From: Candidatus Poribacteria bacterium
GTDB lineage: Bacteria; Poribacteria; WGA-4E; WGA-3G
Direction of reading: 5' to 3'
NCBI GenBank assembly: GCA_965197475.1
Contig: CBDANF010000002.1
Span: 576,001-640,000, forward strand
Length of the DNA: 64,000 nt
The notes under the pieces are model-generated. The model was not told the DNA's origin, searched no databases, and saw only the letters and a list, made by a program, of their open reading frames with translations. The first letter of the stretch is position 1. Every line of letters starts with the position of its first letter. Made by a program: the position numbers and the translations under genes. Shown piece after piece: positions 49,398-59,913 of the stretch.

Positions 49398-50639
49398 TTA
49401 AACAGTCAAGCAAGTGTTGCCTTCAAAAATTACTTCTGGACTATTTTCTCCACGAATTAGTACTATCTCGCCATCGGTTTTAAAGGTATTGTTGTAGAAG
49501 TGAATGTTGTGAATTCCTTCACTCATGCAGTCAACTGCAGCGGGATTACCGACATCAGATTTTCCCGTGAGGATCGTATTCCGATAAATAGTCGTATTTC
49601 TGATACCACCATTCGCACCAGTAGACCAGAGGTGAATACCGCCATAGGTATTCCTTCTACCGTCGTTCTCACTCAAATTGTAGCGAATAATGTTACTATG
49701 GAATGTCCTTGCGCCTTCAAACTGTGCTAACAGATATCCGGCTCCATCGTTATCGTGTGAATAGTTATACTGCACAATTGCGTTCCGCACACCCCCATCC
49801 AAATCAAATCCTCCGCCGTCTTTAGTGCTTCCGGTCCGGTTGTGGTGTGATTCGTTGAACTGAATGAGAACGCGATTTGAATCCCACGTCCAGATACCAA
49901 CAGGACCGCCGTTTTCGTAATCGTTTAACCGACCATTTTGATATGCCTCACAATGCTCAATCGTGGCACCATCTACCTGTGCAAGGACAATACCGTTCCC
50001 CGAATGACTCCCCTTACCGGGAATACCAAAGTTTCTATAGGCACGACTGTTCCCAACATAGATGTCAGTATGAGAATATCCCTCTTCTTCCGGATTCCAT
50101 GCACCTATGCTATTTATGCCGACATCTCCGTTGTCATGAACGTTGGCGTGTGTAATTTTCACATCGCTGAACCCACACCAACCGCCATCAATTGGCTGCG
50201 CGGTGATACCGATCCCAGCCTGCTTAAAACCGCTGACATCAACCTTATCAATGCGGATATATGTCAGTTTTCTGTGTTCCGGCAGCGTATTCAGAAACCA
50301 GATCCCAGAACTGTTATTCTGATCTGTTCCTGCTCCTACGAAGTTGAGGTCTATTATTCGCACACATCCCCGGTTTTTTGCGAAAAAACCGGCACCGATG
50401 CCAGCATCAATTGTTGCCCTACTATCTCCGTATGAACCGAACGTTATCGGTTTCTCTGCGACACCTGTATCCACATCAGACAACGTGAGGTTTCCCCGGA
50501 AGGTCTGATTCGCTTGAAACCACACCGAATCCCCAGGTTGTAATTGAGTAGCATTTACCCGGTCAATGCTCTGCCACGGTTGCTTTTGGGAAATACCTGA
50601 GTTTGAGTCGTCACCGAATGGGCTGATATAGTAATCCAT
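49398..50639 (-). CDS. Right-handed parallel beta-helix protein
   Basis: YYISP.G.D.NSG.....PW, LQPGD, DGGGFDLD and YNYSHDN. Confidence 0.8.
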   Translation of the reverse strand: MDYYISPFGDDSNSGISQKQPWQSIDRVNATQLQPGDSVWFQANQTFRGNLTLSDVDTGVAEKPITFGSYGDSRATIDAGIGAGFFAKNRGCVRIIDLNFVGAGTDQNNSSGIWFLNTLPEHRKLTYIRIDKVDVSGFKQAGIGITAQPIDGGWCGFSDVKITHANVHDNGDVGINSIGAWNPEEEGYSHTDIYVGNSRAYRNFGIPGKGSHSGNGIVLAQVDGATIEHCEAYQNGRLNDYENGGPVGIWTWDSNRVLIQFNESHHNRTGSTKDGGGFDLDGGVRNAIVQYNYSHDNDGAGYLLAQFEGARTFHSNIIRYNLSENDGRRNTYGGIHLWSTGANGGIRNTTIYRNTILTGKSDVGNPAAVDCMSEGIHNIHFYNNTFKTDGEIVLIRGENSPEVIFEGNTCLTV

Positions 50640-50679
50640 TGCAACTGATAAAACGCAAGGAACACCTTCGCTTGAATTA

Positions 50680-52035
50680 TTATGACTTCAGGATTAACTC
50701 ATCCGCCTTCATCCACTCAATCGTCTGCTCAAAAGCATGCACCGTTTTTGTGATGTCTGCTTCTGTATGTGCCGAGGTTGTCATGCCACCGTTCATAGCA
50801 AGGTCAACGCCATTGAGCAGCAACCCACATCGGAGATGCGTAAGCAATTGGTCATCGTTGCCGCCCTTGAGTTTTCGGTAATCCCAAGTGTAAGGATCAA
50901 AATCGGCAGCACACATATCCTTCTCACCGTGTCCTACCAGGAGCCTAATACCTGAGAATTCTCCGTAAATCACCCAGTCTAATCCATACCCATCAATAAC
51001 GTTATTGAGTTTATCGCGAAGTTTTTGTGCGATACGATTTGCCTGTTCATGCGGTTTACCGGTCTTGACAATGTTGAGCATTGCTATGCCTGCAGATGCG
51101 GAGAGTGGATTGGCATTAAATGTGCCGGGATGTGGCATTTTCAACCCCTGTTCCTCTGCCTGCATTGAAATTAACTCAAGAATTTCTTTTTTGCCGACGA
51201 GGGCACCACCGGGAAGTCCCCCTGCTAAAATCTTCGCGAGTGTAGTCAGATCAGGTGTAACGCTATAGTACGCTTGTGCGCCACCGGGTGCAACACGGAA
51301 TCCTGTGATCACTTCGTCGAAAATGAGTAGCACCCCATACTCATGTGTAAGTTGACGAAGTTGTTGTAAAAACACGCCATCAGTCGGAACGATCCCAAAG
51401 GACGCACCTGTCGGCTCCAGAATAACACAAGCGATGTCTTTATCCGTTTTCAAAAGGTTTTCAACAGCATCAATAGCGTTCGGTGGACAGAGAAGGGTTG
51501 TCCCGCGCACCTCTTGCGGAATGCCCGGCACAGACGCATCAAAGGGTGGATATGCTCCTAAAATTAGGCTGTCGTGCCAACCGTGAAAATGCCCGGCAAA
51601 CTTCAACACCTTATTCTTGCGCGTGTAGGTGCGAGCAAGACGAATCGCCATGAGTGTCGCCTCAGTGCCAGAACTAACAAACCTTACTCGTTCTGCTGAA
51701 GGAATCAGCTGGGTTACGAGACTACCCCATTCCAATTCAAGCGGATGACATGCGCCGTAATGCGTGCCGCGATGCATCTGTGCAGTTACGGCTTCTACAA
51801 TATCAGGTGGATTATGACCAAGTAGCAATGCCCCGTGCCCTGCCCAATAGTCTATGAACGTTTTGTTTTCAAGTCCCCATTTTTTCGCACCATCAGCACG
51901 AGTAATATAAATCGGAAATGGGGACATATAACGGCTATCATGCGTTACACCGTCAGGGAAGAGTTGATTTGCTGCCTGCGCCAATTCTCTGTCTTTTGCA
52001 AAGGTTTTTTGATACCGCTCCAAAATTGTTGGCAT
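50680..52035 (-). CDS. Class III aminotransferase (glutamate-1-semialdehyde aminomutase-like)
   Basis: SSGTEAT, LIFDEVITGFR, DLTTLAKILAGG and GTFNANP. Confidence 0.9.
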   Translation of the reverse strand: MPTILERYQKTFAKDRELAQAANQLFPDGVTHDSRYMSPFPIYITRADGAKKWGLENKTFIDYWAGHGALLLGHNPPDIVEAVTAQMHRGTHYGACHPLELEWGSLVTQLIPSAERVRFVSSGTEATLMAIRLARTYTRKNKVLKFAGHFHGWHDSLILGAYPPFDASVPGIPQEVRGTTLLCPPNAIDAVENLLKTDKDIACVILEPTGASFGIVPTDGVFLQQLRQLTHEYGVLLIFDEVITGFRVAPGGAQAYYSVTPDLTTLAKILAGGLPGGALVGKKEILELISMQAEEQGLKMPHPGTFNANPLSASAGIAMLNIVKTGKPHEQANRIAQKLRDKLNNVIDGYGLDWVIYGEFSGIRLLVGHGEKDMCAADFDPYTWDYRKLKGGNDDQLLTHLRCGLLLNGVDLAMNGGMTTSAHTEADITKTVHAFEQTIEWMKADELILKS

Positions 52036-52294
52036 TTTTATCCTCTATTTATTGTGTATATTTTTGACGTTATTTAGGCTTCGGCAAAAGAATTTTATTC
52101 CTATGATACACTAACACAAAGGAAATGTCAATCAAAATGATGGAACGTTTTAGGTTGGAAGGATGAAATGGGATAACGCTGATATCTATTGAGATCAGGA
52201 AGATTTTGAGAAATATCAACGGAATTATTCTTGCGTTATTTTTTTTAATCTGTTATTCTGCACACATGAAAAACACTAAACATAAGGGGAAAAT

Positions 52295-53344
52295 ATGAAA
52301 GGAATTTATGTCGTAAGAAAGTTCATTCTTTTAGTACTGGGATTACTATTAATTTATGGTTGTGAAGCAGTTAGGGAGGTAATGCCTCCTGAATCTCCAG
52401 ATGAAATGGGAATGGTTCCACTTCGCGTAACAATGATCTATCCAAGCGATTGCGTCGGCGACGCAGCTTACTGTGACACTTTCCATATCGGTGTAAAGAC
52501 TGCTGAAGCAGAACTCGGGATTGATCTCAACGAAGTCAACGGCATGGAAAACGATCCGACAGGGACAGAGATGCTCATAAGAGAGGCTGCGCAAAATTCC
52601 GACCTTGTTTTAACAGCAGGCTACCAAATGGGAGACGTGCTTGCTCGTGTTGCACCAGAATTCCCCGATGTCAAGTTTGCAATTTTTGATGTTGTTCTTG
52701 ATATTCCGAATATAGCTTCTATCAATTATAAGGCAAACGAGGGATCATTTCTGGTCGGGGCCGTCGCAGCTCTAAAAACGGAAAGCGGCAAAATCGGCTA
52801 TATCGGCGGAGCGGATGTTCCTTTATTACACGAATTTGAGGCAGGGTACGTCGCAGGGATTCACGCTATCAACCCAGATGCGAAAGTTACTATAGAATAC
52901 ATCAGCAAAGATGCAACCGGTTTCGGTCAACCGGAAAAAGCGAAAGAACTGGCGTTAGCACAATACGCAAACGGAGTTGATGTGATTTACACCGCTGCTG
53001 GCGGATCCGGTCAGGGAGTACTGGAAGCAGCACAAGAACAGCAAAAATATATCATCTGGGTTGACTCCAACGGCAACGATCTTGCACCAGGAATAGTCTT
53101 GACGAGCATGGTCAAAGAGCTCTCAGATTCTGTGGAGAAAATCATCCAGGAAACCGTTGACGGCAATTTTACGACAGGGACCCGTTATTTCGGGTTAGAA
53201 GATGGCGGTGTCAGTTATGCTGTTGATGAACACAATCAACCGCTGCTTTCGGATGACATCATTGCTAAAGTTGAATCTTTAAAAGCAAAGATTATTGCTG
53301 GCGAAATTGTCGTTCCAAACACGGTTTCACTTCCACGCGAATAG
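52295..53344 (+). CDS. BMP-family ABC substrate-binding lipoprotein
   Basis: Lipobox IYGC, EGSFLVG, IGYIGG, GVDVIY.AAG and LTSMVK. Confidence 0.9.
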   Translation: MKGIYVVRKFILLVLGLLLIYGCEAVREVMPPESPDEMGMVPLRVTMIYPSDCVGDAAYCDTFHIGVKTAEAELGIDLNEVNGMENDPTGTEMLIREAAQNSDLVLTAGYQMGDVLARVAPEFPDVKFAIFDVVLDIPNIASINYKANEGSFLVGAVAALKTESGKIGYIGGADVPLLHEFEAGYVAGIHAINPDAKVTIEYISKDATGFGQPEKAKELALAQYANGVDVIYTAAGGSGQGVLEAAQEQQKYIIWVDSNGNDLAPGIVLTSMVKELSDSVEKIIQETVDGNFTTGTRYFGLEDGGVSYAVDEHNQPLLSDDIIAKVESLKAKIIAGEIVVPNTVSLPRE

Positions 53345-53586
53345 TTTTGCATACGGTAGGTTTTCATGTTTGTACTTCGGTGGGCATAGATGATAAATAT
53401 AATCCATCCGAAAACGATTACTTATACCATTTCTAATAAATTATCTTTCATTAGGGATTTGTCCGTGGAAGAAACCCCCTTATCAGGGGGACTTCTAAAG
53501 AATAAACGATACAAACCACTTACATAAACGACTTGTACCAGTTAACTAATTGTTTTTGTTATTTTCACAGATATTAGGTGTTGTCA

Positions 53587-53665
53587 TATAAACATATCGT
53601 CCCTACGGGACTAAAGAGGGCGTTATTGCCGTACTTCTATAAACATATCGTCCCTACGGGACTGA
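53587..53665. repeat. Duplicated 26-bp REP-like unit
   Basis: tataaacatatcgtccctacgggact twice; related units at 40043-40117. Confidence 0.7.
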
Positions 53666-53769
53666 AGAGCATATCAACCAATAGGAAACACGGACAAAAC
53701 GTTCTGCTTATGTGAAATAATATTTTACAAAAAGTTATTTAGCACAACTCGTTACATAAAGGAGAATTT

Positions 53770-54156
53770 ATGTTGAATCAATATCCCTATCCCGAGTACG
53801 AAGGCAAACGTAGTATCGCGGTTGGAATTTTACTATCTTTGATCACATGCGGAATTTATAGTCTCTACTGGCAATACAAACAGATGGACACACTTAATAC
53901 TTGGTTGGGAAGAAATGATTACTCTTTTTGGCTATGGCTTTTACTATCCTTTCTCACCTGTGGCATCTTCGGAATATACTATGAGTACAAGATGGCATGC
54001 GGCATCAATGAAGTACAAACTAAGAACGATATGCAGGCTGATCCAAATTTGCCAATTATTTGCGTACTGTTAGCAATTTTCGGTGTTGGCATTGCATCAT
54101 TAGCCATTCAGCAGTACCAGATTAATAAACTCTACGGGGATACCTCTGATGGTTAA
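53770..54156 (+). CDS. DUF4234-like membrane protein
   Basis: Repeated LS.(I/L)TCGI(Y/F)..Y(W/Y).YK; QQYQIN. Confidence 0.8.
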   Translation: MLNQYPYPEYEGKRSIAVGILLSLITCGIYSLYWQYKQMDTLNTWLGRNDYSFWLWLLLSFLTCGIFGIYYEYKMACGINEVQTKNDMQADPNLPIICVLLAIFGVGIASLAIQQYQINKLYGDTSDG

Positions 54157-54532
54157 TTATATTTTTCTGGCTCGTGTGTTCCTGATTGGGTTAGCAGTAG
54201 TAGCAATCTACACAGCTGTGTCGGAAAAATCTCCGGACGATGTTTCGTTGATTCCATGTATATTTCATTCAGTGACGGATGTTCCGTGTCCTGGATGTGG
54301 AATGACGCGTGGATGTCTCGCCTTAACACACGGGCATTTCGCAACAGCATGGCGTTACCACCCGTTCTCATTTCTTATTGTAGGTCTGGCTATTGGGATC
54401 GCATTCTTCCCGTTGCAGATAAAAAACGCTTGGTTCAATTATTCCAAAAATACTCGCAATTTCATCATTATTTTCGGTATTATGCTTTGCTTGTCTGTTT
54501 GGATGCTGAAAGTTAAAAATATATTTTCGTAA
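54149..54532 (+). CDS. DUF2752-like membrane protein
   Basis: PCIF...T..PCPGCGMTRG...A..YHP. Confidence 0.85.
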   Translation: MVNYIFLARVFLIGLAVVAIYTAVSEKSPDDVSLIPCIFHSVTDVPCPGCGMTRGCLALTHGHFATAWRYHPFSFLIVGLAIGIAFFPLQIKNAWFNYSKNTRNFIIIFGIMLCLSVWMLKVKNIFS

Positions 54533-54665
54533 TATACGCTTTCATCATTTAACCTTGATTAGATGTCTTCTGATAAAGTCAGCATTGCGAGGCACCGAAT
54601 CAACACCGAATACGCGTATGGTATTCGGCGGGGACCTCGCGCTACAAATCGGGTTAATTGGGTAT

Positions 54666-54758
54666 AATACCAAATTAACTTGATCCCACTCGGTAGGCGC
54701 GCTTTGTAAGCGCGCAGTCTGCCCAGAAAAATAAGACTAATCCCGTTAATTTGGTATA
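54666..54758. mobile_element. MITE family B, copy 3
   Basis: ataccaaattaac / gttaatttggtat ends with an internal gtaggcgcgctttgtaagcgcgc. Confidence 0.7.
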
Positions 54759-54839
54759 AGAGAAAGGAATTGCAGCAAACAGTATTAGTAGAACTGCAAT
54801 AATCTTTTAATTCTCATTACAATCAAAGTTGGGAGTCAA

Positions 54840-55225
54840 ATGCACAGTCAATTTCCTTATCCAGAATATAGTGGTGTCCAGAATATCGGACTAAACATTT
54901 TGCTCTCTTTACTTACTTTAGGCATCTTTGGATTGTACTGGCAATATAAACAGATGTCAATATTGAATGCGTGGCTTGGAACAAACCAATACTCTTTTTG
55001 GAGATGGTTTTTTCTGACCATTATTACGTGTGGAATTTATGAGATATATGAGGAATACAAGATGGCGGAGAGTATTAATTGGGTTTATTACAAATACAAT
55101 TCTATGTGCAGCGAAACCTACCCATAATTTGTGTTCTTTTGACATTATTCGGTTTAGGACTCGTCACAACTGCGATCCAACAACATCATATTAACAACTT
55201 TTACGCTGAAAGTCCGAATGTTTAG
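54840..55225 (+). pseudogene. Second DUF4234-like gene, frameshifted near 55110
   Basis: Paralog of 53770-54156. The C-terminus NLPIICVLL...AIQQHHIN is in another frame, ending at 55225. Confidence 0.8.
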
Positions 55226-55231
55226 AAGATG

Positions 55232-56197
55232 TTAGTTTTTCAGAAGAATAGTCCCTTTTGCACCTACGATCCAACCCGAATTTTTTGAGAGATGAATATC
55301 CTGCAAATGGTTTGTCGTAGGAGATGCAAAACGATCCCAAGTAGTGCCTCCATCCAATGTGTGAAGGATTAACCCTTCCTCACCGACTGCCCAACCCTCT
55401 TTTTCATTTTGGAATACTACATCTCGTAAACTCTGCTTCATCGGATTTTTTTGCCGCTGCCACGTTTGTCCTCCATCAGCTGTATGCAAAATCAGTCCGT
55501 TTGTTCCTACGATCCAACCTTGCGTTAGATTCGCAAAGTGGACAGCGAATAAAGGCTGTTCAGCATCGCTAATTTGACGCACCCACTGTTTCCCGCCATC
55601 TTTTGTATGGAGAATCTCACCCGCTTCACCAACAACCCATCCATGTTCAGAATCAACAAAATAGACACCCCACAAGTGTTTCTCAGAGGGATTTCTGACT
55701 TTTTCCCATTTGACACCACCGTTCTGTGTATAGAGAATGGTGGCAATTTCCCGGGTGCCAACTCCCCCAACTGCCCAACCTTCTGTCGTATTAACAAAAT
55801 GCAAATCCAAAATACCAGGTGGTCTCCCACCCTCATTTCGTATTTGATGCTGGACATGCCACGAATTACCACCGCTACCCGTATAAAACACTTTTCCTAT
55901 GCCAACAAGCCAACCGTTCGTTGGTGTTGCAAAACTGACTTGTGTCAGAGTGTCTGTAGAAGGGGGTTTCGCTTGCGATTTCCTCCAAGTTTTTCCGCCA
56001 TCTTTACTTGATAGCACTTCACTATTTGTACCGACTGCCCACCCATTCTTTGCATCCGCGAAATGGATGCCATATAGATGCTCGTTAGTGACACTTTTCA
56101 CCTGTTCCCACCCAATTTGAGGTGTATCCTGAGAACAAGCGAGATACGCAAGACTTCCGATTAGGATGTATAGAAGTAGATATTTTGTTTTGATCAT
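55232..56197 (-). CDS. YCF48/BNR-repeat beta-propeller lipoprotein
   Basis: Lipobox YLAC; repeated GWxVG..G.IL.T.DGG.TW. Confidence 0.88.
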   Translation of the reverse strand: MIKTKYLLLYILIGSLAYLACSQDTPQIGWEQVKSVTNEHLYGIHFADAKNGWAVGTNSEVLSSKDGGKTWRKSQAKPPSTDTLTQVSFATPTNGWLVGIGKVFYTGSGGNSWHVQHQIRNEGGRPPGILDLHFVNTTEGWAVGGVGTREIATILYTQNGGVKWEKVRNPSEKHLWGVYFVDSEHGWVVGEAGEILHTKDGGKQWVRQISDAEQPLFAVHFANLTQGWIVGTNGLILHTADGGQTWQRQKNPMKQSLRDVVFQNEKEGWAVGEEGLILHTLDGGTTWDRFASPTTNHLQDIHLSKNSGWIVGAKGTILLKN

Positions 56198-56386
56198 GTG
56201 GAGGCTCCAGATAAATTTGATTGCATTTTCAACAGAATTGTGATAAATTACTTTAATCTATTTTGTCAATGTTGTCAATAGAATTTTCGTTTTCTTCTGA
56301 ACATTTAATTCTCGTGAAGTACTCTTGTGGGAGGGTTTTCTAAGCCCGATTTACCGAAAATTGGATGAGTCTGCGTTTTATCTGAA

Positions 56387-56701
56387 TAGGACTTACGCAT
56401 TTTTCACGCTTTCAAGCGTTACAGCATTTGTAGTAGCACAATTCGTTGTGCGTTCTTTAGCAATTAGACTTAACTAAGGATGTGCATAAATAATTCAATG
56501 TTAATGTGCGATTAAAGGTAGTAGGCACGCTCCGCGTGCCGTAACCAGATTCGAAGAGGCGCGTAAATTGCGCGACGACAAACAACACTTCTACGAATGA
56601 AGCTGCACCTGAAGTGTGCAACTGTCTGTGTTGCTGCACCAAATAATTATGTACACCCCTCACTTAACTATGTTGTGTCCTTATAATTTGCGTAAGTCCC
56701 G
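56387..56701. mobile_element. MITE family A, copy 3
   Basis: taggacttacgca / tgcgtaagtcccg; TSD ctgaa; contains REP hairpins. Confidence 0.75.
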
Positions 56702-56793
56702 CTGAAGTAATTTACTTCGTATTTTATTAAATTCGATCACAATTTAGGATTGAAATCGTACAATCTCTCATAAAGATCATTTTACAACAAAAA

Positions 56794-57711
56794 ATGAAAC
56801 GAATGAACTATATCATCGGTATTGATGGGGGTGGGACTAAAACCTTTGGTCTGTTAACAACGGAGACTGGTGAACATATTGCAAAAGTCCAGGCAGGACC
56901 ATCAAATTACCACGTAGTGGGAATGGAACGAACACATGATGTCCTGAGAGAGATCATTTCCGAACTCTCCGCGCACGTTGGTAACACCACAATAGATTCT
57001 ATCCATTTCTGTCTGGGCATGGCAGGTTTGGGACGCGAAGAAGATAAAAAAGTCATTGGACAGATTTGTGATAAACTCGGTATAAACCAAAATCGGATTC
57101 TGACACATGATGCACATATCGCATTAGTAGGTGGAATCGGAAAACATGAGGGTGTAATTGTCATATCAGGCACCGGTTCTATTGTCTACGGCATAGACTC
57201 GCGAGGTATAGAAGCGCGTGCTGGTGGATGGGGATATCTGCTCGGAGATGAAGGGAGCGGTTACGATATTGCTCTAAAAGGACTTCAAGCAGTCGCACGT
57301 GCCGCAGATAAACGTGAACCGCTGACCCAATTGACAAACCTAATTCTGGATAGCCTTGAACTGAATGAACCGAATGGCTTGATTCGATGGACACATGCTG
57401 CGAGCCGTGACGAAATTTCTCAATTGGCAGCGGTCGTGTTTAAGGCGACAGAAATGGGGGATACAAGAGCAAAACAGATAATAGATTCCGCTGTTGATGA
57501 ACTTGCATGTGCAGTAGAGACAGTGGTATTGCAATTAGAATTCACACATCCGTTCGAGATTGTTTTTTGTGGTGGGAATTTATTACACCAACCTATTTTG
57601 GCAGATAAACTGCAAAGATGGGTTGAAAAGATAATACTGGGTGGTTCCGTAATATTTCCGAAACACGAACCGGCGTATGGCGCGGTGTTGTTGGCAAAGG
57701 CACATCTATAG
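56794..57711 (+). CDS. BadF/BadG-family N-acetylglucosamine/N-acetylmuramic acid kinase
   Basis: GIDGGGTKT, ISGTGS and GGWGYLLGDEGSG; next to murQ. Confidence 0.88.
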   Translation: MKRMNYIIGIDGGGTKTFGLLTTETGEHIAKVQAGPSNYHVVGMERTHDVLREIISELSAHVGNTTIDSIHFCLGMAGLGREEDKKVIGQICDKLGINQNRILTHDAHIALVGGIGKHEGVIVISGTGSIVYGIDSRGIEARAGGWGYLLGDEGSGYDIALKGLQAVARAADKREPLTQLTNLILDSLELNEPNGLIRWTHAASRDEISQLAAVVFKATEMGDTRAKQIIDSAVDELACAVETVVLQLEFTHPFEIVFCGGNLLHQPILADKLQRWVEKIILGGSVIFPKHEPAYGAVLLAKAHL

Positions 57712-57764
57712 TATAAGTCTATGGCTAAAAAACCAAACGAGATCGCTATACTTTATATTTCATT

Positions 57765-58661
57765 GTGATTACAGAACAACGAAACCCAAATTCAACCGAC
57801 ATTGACCTAAAGTCAACGTCAGAAATCGTTCAAATTTTTCATGATGAAGACCGAAAAGCTGTAGAAGCGGTTGCAGCTGAATCAGATGCTATCACGCATG
57901 CTGTTGAGATGATCGTTGATGCTTTTCGTCACGGAGGGAGGCTGTTTTACATAGGTGCTGGAACGAGCGGCAGACTTAGCGTATTAGACGCATCTGAATG
58001 TCCACCGACTTTTAGCACTTCTCCAGAGATGGTACAGGGTATTATCGCAGGTGGGGATGTTGCTTTACGCCGATCAATAGAAGGAGAAGAAGATAAACCT
58101 GAACGCGGTGCCGAAGTTGTCCGAGAGCATCAATTAACACCACAAGACGTACTCGTTGGAATTGCAAGTAGTGGGCGAACCCCTTATGTATTAGGGGCTC
58201 TGAAGGCAGCGCACGCCATCGGCGTAAAAACTGTTTTCCTCTCTTGTGTTCCACCGGCAGAAGAATTGAACGAGTTTGTCCATCACTTTATCACCCCGAT
58301 TGTTGGCCCTGAAATAATAACAGGTTCAACCCGTTTGAAAGCAGGAACAGCGACAAAATTGGTCCTCAATATGCTCACAACTATATCTATGGTAAAGTTG
58401 GGTAAGGTTTACAATAACCTTATGGTGGATGTGCACGCTTCCAACACAAAACTTGTTGAGCGAAGCATCCGAATTGTTCAAACGGTTACAGGCGTTGATA
58501 CCGCTATTGCCAACTCCACTTTAAAACAAGCTGGTGGAAGTGCGAAGATAGCAATAGTGATGTTAGCAAAAGGAATTAACCGAACTGATGCGGAAAAACT
58601 TTTAGATAAACATGGTGGCTTCCTACGTCCGATTTTAGCGGATGTCGGGGTAAGCGCGTAA
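57765..58661 (+). CDS. murQ: N-acetylmuramic acid 6-phosphate etherase
   Basis: TEQRNP, GAGTSGRL, DASECPPTF and TGSTRLKAGTATKLVLN. Confidence 0.96.
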   Translation: MITEQRNPNSTDIDLKSTSEIVQIFHDEDRKAVEAVAAESDAITHAVEMIVDAFRHGGRLFYIGAGTSGRLSVLDASECPPTFSTSPEMVQGIIAGGDVALRRSIEGEEDKPERGAEVVREHQLTPQDVLVGIASSGRTPYVLGALKAAHAIGVKTVFLSCVPPAEELNEFVHHFITPIVGPEIITGSTRLKAGTATKLVLNMLTTISMVKLGKVYNNLMVDVHASNTKLVERSIRIVQTVTGVDTAIANSTLKQAGGSAKIAIVMLAKGINRTDAEKLLDKHGGFLRPILADVGVSA

Positions 58662-58693
58662 TACTCGCAAACATAATTCGCTTTTAGATTTAA

Positions 58694-58814
58694 TAGGACT
58701 TACGCAATTGTCATGATTTTTCAATAATTACGACTAAAATGGTGTAATTTTCAGCAGAATTCTGAGTTTCCAGCGCGCTTACAAAGCGCGCCTACCACTT
58801 GGACGTTAGTCCTG
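58694..58814. mobile_element. MITE family A, copy 4
   Basis: taggacttacg / cgttagtcctg; TSD tttaa. Confidence 0.7.
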
Positions 58815-58932
58815 TTTAAAAAAGGAGAAACTTTGGCTCATGTAAAGAATGAGTGCAAATGAAAATTTAACCCGTGTGGCCATTGCCTTCATGAAAATAA
58901 CCGCACACACCTTTTACATGAGCGGAAACTTT

Positions 58933-59892
58933 ATGGGTACGAATGCTACAAAAGTTGGTCTTGCCAAAACCAGTAGAAGACGTTCTAACGTTTTTGAGGC
59001 ACTAAACAATATACGAGATAACATCACACCGAAAGTTCGTGAGCAAGTTCTGTTAAAACCGAATTTTCTTTCCAGCACGAATCAACTCGCTTCATCTCAT
59101 GTGGATGCGATGCGTGGCGCGCTGGATTTCCTACTAAGCACACCACAACCGCCTAAAGAAGTTATTATCGCTGAAGGTGCAAACGAATCTTTTTCTGGCG
59201 AGGCGTTTCAAATTTTCGGATATGAAGCACTGCAGTCGGAATACGATATACCTATTCAACTCGTTGATTTACACCAAGAAACTGAATGGGTGGAAACAAC
59301 CGTGTTTCTTGCTGGTCGGGAGACAGATACGGTGCGGATGCCGAAAACGGTACTTGACTGTCCATGCACAATTTCTGTCGCTATTGCAAAAACGCATGAT
59401 GCTGGGGTTGTGACGCTTGCTATGAAAAATATGGTTATGGGTACTCTACATAAAGCTGACCGGATTAAAATGCACGGGTATCATAGTCACGGTGACCGTC
59501 TGTTACCTCGCGAAGCACAGACGCTCAATATCAATTTACTTCGACTCTCGCGCTATCTAAAACCCGATATTGAAATCGTTGATGGCACTGTTGGATTACA
59601 AGGCAACGGTCCTGGTGGTAATAATTCTGTTCCGCTCGGTATTGCTGTTGCGAGTGGTGATGTGTTTGCCGCTGACGCTGTTACATCAAAAGTGATGGGG
59701 TTTGAGCCGTTAGAGATTGGACTTTTCAATTATGCAAATGAATTGGGGGACGGTACTGCAGATATGAACGAGATTGAGATTATCGGTCCTGATGTTGAGA
59801 CAGTTACCATTCCGTTCAAACCGCATGAAACCACTGAACTTCAGTTCCAATGGCAGGATACTGAGTCTGGCGAATATCTTGCCGCTGACTAA
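58933..59892 (+). CDS. DUF362-domain protein
   Basis: VLLKPN, IAEG, KTH....TLAMKN..G, IVDG..G.QGNGP and D.FAAD. The start is uncertain (58849-58933). Confidence 0.85.
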   Translation: MGTNATKVGLAKTSRRRSNVFEALNNIRDNITPKVREQVLLKPNFLSSTNQLASSHVDAMRGALDFLLSTPQPPKEVIIAEGANESFSGEAFQIFGYEALQSEYDIPIQLVDLHQETEWVETTVFLAGRETDTVRMPKTVLDCPCTISVAIAKTHDAGVVTLAMKNMVMGTLHKADRIKMHGYHSHGDRLLPREAQTLNINLLRLSRYLKPDIEIVDGTVGLQGNGPGGNNSVPLGIAVASGDVFAADAVTSKVMGFEPLEIGLFNYANELGDGTADMNEIEIIGPDVETVTIPFKPHETTELQFQWQDTESGEYLAAD

Positions 59893-59913
59893 ATCTATCT
59901 TTACTGTACTTTA

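Noticed and set aside
53587-53665. Two 26-bp repeats resembling a mini-CRISPR
   Set aside because: Two units only, with related dispersed copies at 40043-40117 and no cas genes.
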